A stretch of DNA of 64,000 nt from Minisyncoccia bacterium (GTDB lineage: Bacteria > Patescibacteriota > Minisyncoccia > Phycocordibacterales > Phycocordibacteraceae), in NCBI GenBank assembly GCA_038207395.1, contig JBBQZW010000003.1, positions 18,131 to 82,130 on the forward strand, read 5' to 3'. The notes under the pieces were generated by a model. That model made no database searches. It was not told the origin of the DNA and worked only from the letters and a program-made list of their open reading frames with translations. How positions within the stretch are numbered: the first letter of the stretch is position 1; every line of letters begins with the position of its first letter. Shown here one piece after another: positions 58,380 through 64,000 of this stretch. Position numbers and translations under genes: made by a program.

Positions 58380-59708
58380 TGCAATAGTGACCCACCCAAT
58401 TCCAGTTAGGAAAGGTTTGTTTGTATGCTCTCTCATAACCTCTTTATTACTGCTTAACCGTACGATAAAGAATAGAACGACTGGAGATACGATACCGTTT
58501 CCTATCGCGGCATAAATAAGAGCGTGAATAGGATCAAGACCAATAAAATTAAAGAGTATTCCAAGAACCATTGAAACAATAATCACGCCATAGAACGCGT
58601 AGGCCTCATTTAGTTTTCGATAGAGCCCGTGCTTCCATCCAAAACATTCTGAAAGCGCGTATGAGGTAGATCCGGCAAGCACGGGGATGGCGAGCATTCC
58701 TGTACCGATAATACCTATGGCAAACAGGAAGTACGCTGCGTCACCTGCCAACGGCCGTAGTGCAAGAGCCGCATCTGCAGCGCTCGTAATGTTTGTTATT
58801 CCATGCGTATAGAGCGTACCGGCGCAGGCCGCGATAATAAAGAACATAACCAAGTTAGAGAAAAACATACCGGTCCACACGTCTGAACGCATGTTCTTAA
58901 GCGTCTGTACTGATGGTTTTTGATGCCATCCTGTTTCTTCTTTGTGGGTACGCAAGGTTCGCTCTTCAACCTCCTGTGAGGTTTGCCAAAAGAAAAGGTA
59001 GGGGGAGATAGTAGTACCGAGGATGGCACATACCAGGAATATCTGATCTTTACTAAAAACGAAGGTGGGGCGCGTTGCGTGAAGCACAATAGCTTGCCAA
59101 TCTAAATTACTAAGAAGCGCTGAAAAGACATACGCAAGTAAAATGAAGGCGAGGTATTTAAGATAGCGCGCGTAGCGCGCATACGTAGTAAATATCTGGA
59201 GCAGTAAACTCACGACGGCAAAGCCGACAACAATAAACGCAAAATGAGAATTCGGAAAGATGAGCTGAACGCCCTGTGCCATAGCTCCAAGGTCGGCACC
59301 TATATTAAATGCGTTCGCGGCAAAGAGTAGTGCCGTGACCAGATACAGTGCGTTCTTTGAGTAGTGATGGCGGATATTAGCTGCCAATCCTCTTCCCGTT
59401 ACGATACCAATACGGGCACACATCTCCTGCACTACAGCCATCAGCGGAAACGTAAACCACGAAAGCCATAAAAGCTGGAATCCGTATTTCGCGCCGGCCT
59501 GTGAATAGGTGGCGATTCCTGAAGGATCATCGTCAGAGGCGCCCGTGACCAATCCCGGACCAAGCGTACTCCAGTACTTCCCTGCTACCTTAAAGGGGCG
59601 TTTGCTAATAAGTTTTTCCTCAAATACCTGCGCTTCTTCAATTCCCTTTTCGAGTAATTCGGCGGGCTCAGAAAAAATGCGTTCAACAAGGGGTTCTTTT
59701 TTAGCCAT
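58332..59708 (-). CDS. mntH: Nramp-family divalent metal (Mn2+/Fe2+) transporter
   Basis: GPGLVTGASDDDPSGIATYSQAG and MAVVQEM are Nramp consensus segments. Confidence 0.85.
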   Translation of the reverse strand: MAKKEPLVERIFSEPAELLEKGIEEAQVFEEKLISKRPFKVAGKYWSTLGPGLVTGASDDDPSGIATYSQAGAKYGFQLLWLSWFTFPLMAVVQEMCARIGIVTGRGLAANIRHHYSKNALYLVTALLFAANAFNIGADLGAMAQGVQLIFPNSHFAFIVVGFAVVSLLLQIFTTYARYARYLKYLAFILLAYVFSALLSNLDWQAIVLHATRPTFVFSKDQIFLVCAILGTTISPYLFFWQTSQEVEERTLRTHKEETGWHQKPSVQTLKNMRSDVWTGMFFSNLVMFFIIAACAGTLYTHGITNITSAADAALALRPLAGDAAYFLFAIGIIGTGMLAIPVLAGSTSYALSECFGWKHGLYRKLNEAYAFYGVIIVSMVLGILFNFIGLDPIHALIYAAIGNGIVSPVVLFFIVRLSSNKEVMREHTNKPFLTGIGWVTIALMTVAGIAVILSLLG

Positions 59709-59740
59709 ACAGACTTACTAAGTATAGCGAAGAAAAGTAA

Positions 59741-61057
59741 CTACTTTCCAGTTGTTAAAAATTCAACAGCTCGTGCAGCCTGAGGATCTTTTCCTGCGAC
59801 AACATCGTCATGGGTACGTTCAACCTTAATGTCTGGAGTAAGACCTCCATCAGAGATAGACCGTCCTGAAGGAGTTAACCAGCGAGCAACCGTGACCTTA
59901 AGTGATGCCTTACCAATACTTACCAATTCTTGAACTGACCCTTTACCAAATGAACGTGTTCCGATAAGCGTTGCCATATGAGTATCCTGAAGGGCTCCGG
60001 CAAATATTTCAGATGCTGAGGCTGAACCCTGGTCAATAAGTACTACTACCTTGGTGCCGGATGGAAGCCCGCCAGTACCAATACTTTTGTGTACCTGATT
60101 TTCTTGAGTACCTTTATAGTCTTCGGTTACGACTGCAGTTCCAGAGGGAAGGAAGTGACTTGCCATGCGTACTGCCGCTTCAAGGTATCCGCCAGGATTT
60201 CCACGAAGATCAATAACCAGTTTCCTACTGCCTGACTTCTGGAATTCAGCGAATGCACCATCGAAGAGATCAGAAGAATTGGCACTAAACTCATAGAGCG
60301 CGATAGTGTAAACACCCGTCTTAGGATCAAATGAAGGATTAATAGTGGGAACCTGAATAGTGTCTCGAACAACTTTAATATCCTTCGCCGTTCCTGCACG
60401 CAGTACGGTAAACGTTACCGTTGAGCCCTTAGGTCCACGAATAAGCTTTACCGCTTCATCAGTTGATATGCCGTCAGTTGATTTCTTATCAATGGCGAGA
60501 ACGAGATCTCCTGCTAAGATACCGGCCTTCTCTGCAGGCGTTCCTTTAAGTGGAGCAATGACGGTAAGTATGCCCTGCGCATTAACGCCAATTTCCATTC
60601 CCACTCCACTAAAGTTTCCGGCAATAGTGTCACTAAAGAGTTTTGCTTGTTCAGGAGGAAAGAAAACGGTATACGGATCACCATATGCCGCAACAAGGCC
60701 TTGTATGGCTCCATATATTTCACTTTGCGATGTTGCAGGTGTAGCTGACGCATGCGTTTGTACAAAGCGTGACTGTAGAACGTTATATACCTTCCAGAAG
60801 TCACTAAAATTAAGTTCTGAACTTGGTGTTGCATCCAAACCATCACCAATGAGTGGAACATTGGCAAGTACCTTCGCGCCGCCTCCGGCGGCGCCGACCG
60901 TAAGTCCTCCTAAGAACCCAAGACTAAGTACAAGGGCAAAGAGTACTCCAACTTTAAGCGTCTTGCCGAAGCGACGAGACGACGCCGTAGGGGGTACTAC
61001 TGAATCTTCATTAAAGAGGTGTTGTTCTTCGAGCTGATCTTCCATGTATGGAGGCAT
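59741..61057 (-). CDS. ctpA: carboxyl-terminal processing protease (S41) with PDZ domain
   Basis: PDZ (GILAGDLVLAIDKKS), LVIDLRGNPGGYL, and catalytic FGKGSVQ. Confidence 0.85.
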   Translation of the reverse strand: MPPYMEDQLEEQHLFNEDSVVPPTASSRRFGKTLKVGVLFALVLSLGFLGGLTVGAAGGGAKVLANVPLIGDGLDATPSSELNFSDFWKVYNVLQSRFVQTHASATPATSQSEIYGAIQGLVAAYGDPYTVFFPPEQAKLFSDTIAGNFSGVGMEIGVNAQGILTVIAPLKGTPAEKAGILAGDLVLAIDKKSTDGISTDEAVKLIRGPKGSTVTFTVLRAGTAKDIKVVRDTIQVPTINPSFDPKTGVYTIALYEFSANSSDLFDGAFAEFQKSGSRKLVIDLRGNPGGYLEAAVRMASHFLPSGTAVVTEDYKGTQENQVHKSIGTGGLPSGTKVVVLIDQGSASASEIFAGALQDTHMATLIGTRSFGKGSVQELVSIGKASLKVTVARWLTPSGRSISDGGLTPDIKVERTHDDVVAGKDPQAARAVEFLTTGK

Positions 61058-61073
61058 GATACCATACGCACAT

Positions 61074-61991
61074 ATGATTACGCGCTACGAGATGAGTGGT
61101 ACTACGTGGGTAGATCTTGAATCTCCAACGCGCTCTGAACTTCAGGAAATAATCACTGAATTTGCTATTGATTCACGTGTTGAGGAGGAAATTGTCTCGC
61201 CTACTCCCTACCCACTCGTCGTGGATACGGAAAATTACGTGTATCTCGTGCTCCACTTCCCTACTACTGATCCCAATGGTGGTGCAAAAAGCCAGGAAAT
61301 TGATTTTATTGCAGGAAAGAACTTTCTCATAACCTGCCGCTATGAAGTGATAACCACTATCCACAGCATGCATAAGGTGTTTGAGTCAGAGGAACTGCTC
61401 GGCATGATGAAAAAGAAACCAAGTACTGCAGATATAATCGAACGAATTCTTCGCCAACTCTATTCATCAATCAGTGAGGAAGCTGAACAGTTCTCCCGCA
61501 TGCTTGAACGCATTGAAGAAGACATCTTTAGTGGGCGTGAGCGTGCTACGGTTCGAAATATCTCTCTGGTAGGACGAGTGCTACTACGCTTCGACACAAC
61601 ACTAGCCCGCCACACTGAGCCATTGAAAGAATTCTTAAAACAGCTTTCAACACCAGCGTTCTTTGGTAAAAAGTTTGAAGAGCACGCAGCGCATATTGAA
61701 GCTGAACACATTCATGCAATAAACGTAGTGTCTTCGTATAGAGAGGTTTCTGCAGAGCTTCGTGACACAAATGACTCAATGCTCTCAACTGCTCAGAATG
61801 AGATCATTCAGCGCCTAACCATCATTACGTTTGCCGCAGTCCCCCTTACGGTTATAACGGGTCTGTTTGGAATGAGTATTGGTGGAATACCTCTTGCCCA
61901 ATCACAGAATGCATTTTGGATCGTCGTGGCTAGCATGGCCGTAGTAGTCCTTGGTCTCCTCGTATATTTCAAGGTTAAAAAGTGGATTTAA
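61074..61991 (+). CDS. corA: CorA-family magnesium transporter
   Basis: Cytoplasmic domain plus two C-terminal TM helices with FGMSIGG (GMN-like) motif. Start uncertain; the track ORF 61044 overlaps the divergent ctpA start. Confidence 0.6.
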   Translation: MITRYEMSGTTWVDLESPTRSELQEIITEFAIDSRVEEEIVSPTPYPLVVDTENYVYLVLHFPTTDPNGGAKSQEIDFIAGKNFLITCRYEVITTIHSMHKVFESEELLGMMKKKPSTADIIERILRQLYSSISEEAEQFSRMLERIEEDIFSGRERATVRNISLVGRVLLRFDTTLARHTEPLKEFLKQLSTPAFFGKKFEEHAAHIEAEHIHAINVVSSYREVSAELRDTNDSMLSTAQNEIIQRLTIITFAAVPLTVITGLFGMSIGGIPLAQSQNAFWIVVASMAVVVLGLLVYFKVKKWI

Positions 61992-62003
61992 CGATCCGTA
62001 CCT

Positions 62004-63515
62004 GTGGTACGGTATACCTATATGTGGCCGTTTTCTCGTGCAGCAAAAGAATTACGTGGTGGTCAGGTATTTTTGACTAATACCCTCGGAGGGACGAAGC
62101 AAAGCTTCGTCCCTCAAAAACCAGGACACGTAACCCTATATTCATGTGGGCCAACCGTATACAGTCAGGCTCATATCGGTAACCTTCGCCCGTACGTTAT
62201 GGCAGACACGCTTGCGCGTGTACTAGCTCAAAACGGTCTTCACGTACGCCGCGTTATTAACATTACGGACGTTGGGCACCTCACGGGTGATAACGAAGGT
62301 GATGCAAACAGCGGTGAAGATCGTATGGAAAAGAGTGCACGAGAAAGTGGTCGCGCACCGGGTGATATCGCTGCGCATATTACAAAACTTTTCCTCGAAG
62401 ATATTAGTGCACTCAACATCCCCACAAAGGACATACTCTTCCCTCACGCCACGCAGTATATTCCTGAACAGATTGCACTCGTTACTGCACTTGAAAGCAA
62501 AGGTCACACCTACCGCACGCATGATGGTATTTATTTTGACGTAAGTACCTTTCCTGAATACGGCAAACTCGGAAATATTCCTCAAGACATAGTTAAGTCA
62601 GGTACTGCAGGAAATGTTGCAGACCGCGTAGCTCTCGCAGGTCGTGCTCGTATTAAGGAGAATGCGGAGAAACGAAATCCTGCGGATTTCGCTTTGTGGA
62701 AATTCTCACCACCAGGCGTCGTACGCCAGCAGGAATGGCCTTCACCGTGGGGTCGCGGCTTCCCCGGATGGCACATTGAGTGTTCGGCTATGAGTAAGTC
62801 ATTACTCGGTACAGAGATTGATATTCATACGGGAGGTATGGATCATATTCCCGTACACCACAATAATGAAATTGCACAGTCGGAAAGCGTAAGCGGACGA
62901 GTCTTTGCAAAGTATTGGCTCCATTCTGCGTTCTTGACCGTAGAGGACGAACGCATTGGGAAATCTGTCGGGAACGCACTCTATCTTTCTGACCTTACGG
63001 CACGCGGGTTTCATCCACTCACCCTTCGATACTTATTTCTTCAAGCAAACTACCGCACCCCTCTTTCATTTTCATGGGAAGCGCTAACCGCATCCTCGGA
63101 AGCACTCCATCGACTCTGGAACATAGCGCAAAGTTTTAAGAAAGAATCAAAAGGTGTAGCCGTATATAGTGAGGAAAGCGAACGTATTCGGGCACTCGCC
63201 GCCGACGACCTAAGTACCCCAAGAGTCATCGCCTCATTATGGGAAGTTGTTCGTAGCGATGAACTCTCCCCAAAGAAAATATGGGGTGCTATTGAAACAG
63301 CAGAAGCAGTACTTGGTCTTTCGCTTACTAATCCACCTCACGCTTCTTCAATACAGACTCCGATCCCTGCTGATGTCGTACAGATGGCACATGAGCGTGA
63401 AGCTGCACGTCAGGCTCAGGACTACGCTCGCGCAGATGAGCTCCGTATCCACATCGAAAACAGGGGATATGCTGTGGAAGACTCTGCGACCGGACCCAAA
63501 ATACATACTAAATAG
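62004..63515 (+). CDS. cysS: cysteine--tRNA ligase
   Basis: LYSCGPTVYSQAHIGNLRPYV (HIGH-like), WHIECSAM, and RIGKSVGN (KMSKS). Confidence 0.9.
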   Translation: MVRYTYMWPFSRAAKELRGGQVFLTNTLGGTKQSFVPQKPGHVTLYSCGPTVYSQAHIGNLRPYVMADTLARVLAQNGLHVRRVINITDVGHLTGDNEGDANSGEDRMEKSARESGRAPGDIAAHITKLFLEDISALNIPTKDILFPHATQYIPEQIALVTALESKGHTYRTHDGIYFDVSTFPEYGKLGNIPQDIVKSGTAGNVADRVALAGRARIKENAEKRNPADFALWKFSPPGVVRQQEWPSPWGRGFPGWHIECSAMSKSLLGTEIDIHTGGMDHIPVHHNNEIAQSESVSGRVFAKYWLHSAFLTVEDERIGKSVGNALYLSDLTARGFHPLTLRYLFLQANYRTPLSFSWEALTASSEALHRLWNIAQSFKKESKGVAVYSEESERIRALAADDLSTPRVIASLWEVVRSDELSPKKIWGAIETAEAVLGLSLTNPPHASSIQTPIPADVVQMAHEREAARQAQDYARADELRIHIENRGYAVEDSATGPKIHTK

Positions 63516-63568
63516 ACCAAACACCCTTCACGCGTAGAGCGTGCTATCCAAACAGGTAGGACTTGGTA

Positions 63569-64000
63569 AAATAGAAGGATGGCTGACTACGCACTGCGCA
63601 TCCCTCCTCAAAGTCTCGAATCTGAGCGCGGTCTATTAGGTTCCCTTCTACTAAAGCCGGAGGCAATACATGACGTCTCTGATACCGTTCACGCTGATTC
63701 TTTTTATGCAGAGAAACACCGCACCATTTTCGAAGGTATGCGTGAACTCTCAGACCGTGGTGAACCGATAGATATTCTTAGTCTTTCCGAGAGGCTTCAA
63801 GGAAAAGGAATGCTTGAGCGCTGTGGTGGACGCGCGTACATTGCAGAGCTTGCAAGTTCAGCACCTGCAGCAGGAAACTTTGCACACTATGCCGAACTCG
63901 TGACGCGTAAGTCCACCATGCGTTCACTGATTGAGGCTTCCCATAACATTGCAGAAGCCGCATATGAGGAAAGTCGTGACACCGCAGAAGTGCTTGATGA
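63569..64000 (+). CDS. dnaB: replicative DNA helicase DnaB, N-terminal part (runs off the right edge)
   Basis: ERGLLGSLLLKPEAIHDVSDTVHADSFYAEKHRTIFEGMREL is the DnaB N-terminal domain. Confidence 0.8.

Overview
This 64-kb window is a dense, mostly plus-strand core-genome segment from a small bacterial genome (gene content resembles Patescibacteria/CPR, but that is inference only). Housekeeping genes in order: alaS, then infA-rpmJ-rpsM-rpsK-rpsD-rpoA-rplQ-rplM-rpsI, lexA-grpE-dnaK-dnaJ, tyrS followed by tRNA-Tyr, trpS, an Asp/Asn-tRNA ligase, scpA-scpB, a DD-carboxypeptidase, mraY, ftsW, murG, gltX, then many secreted or membrane proteins, rpmA, rplI, an Nramp transporter, ctpA, corA, cysS and the 5' end of dnaB. 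A foreign insertion of about 7.5 kb sits between mraY (stop at 28686) and ftsW (start at 36447). It carries a large serine recombinase translationally coupled to a CRESS-DNA-virus-type Rep (HUH endonuclease fused to an SF3 helicase, all canonical motifs present). A 10-bp GC stem with the nonanucleotide TAGTATTAC in its loop lies 23 nt upstream of Rep, a classic rolling-circle origin. The insertion also holds a J-domain protein and a GC-rich array of small ORFs in alternating orientation. That array is punctuated by seven copies of a 28-bp direct repeat (AAGTTCTAACGTCGACCCAGACAGCCAG); the first copy overlaps the mraY stop codon. This looks like an integrated circovirus-like or rolling-circle replicon with an attached cassette array, and it is the main candidate for a novel system. 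Smaller items: a cysteine-free L36 at the canonical operon position, a candidate palindromic operator upstream of lexA, an in-frame 33-bp tandem duplication inside the DD-carboxypeptidase, and two long non-coding stretches.
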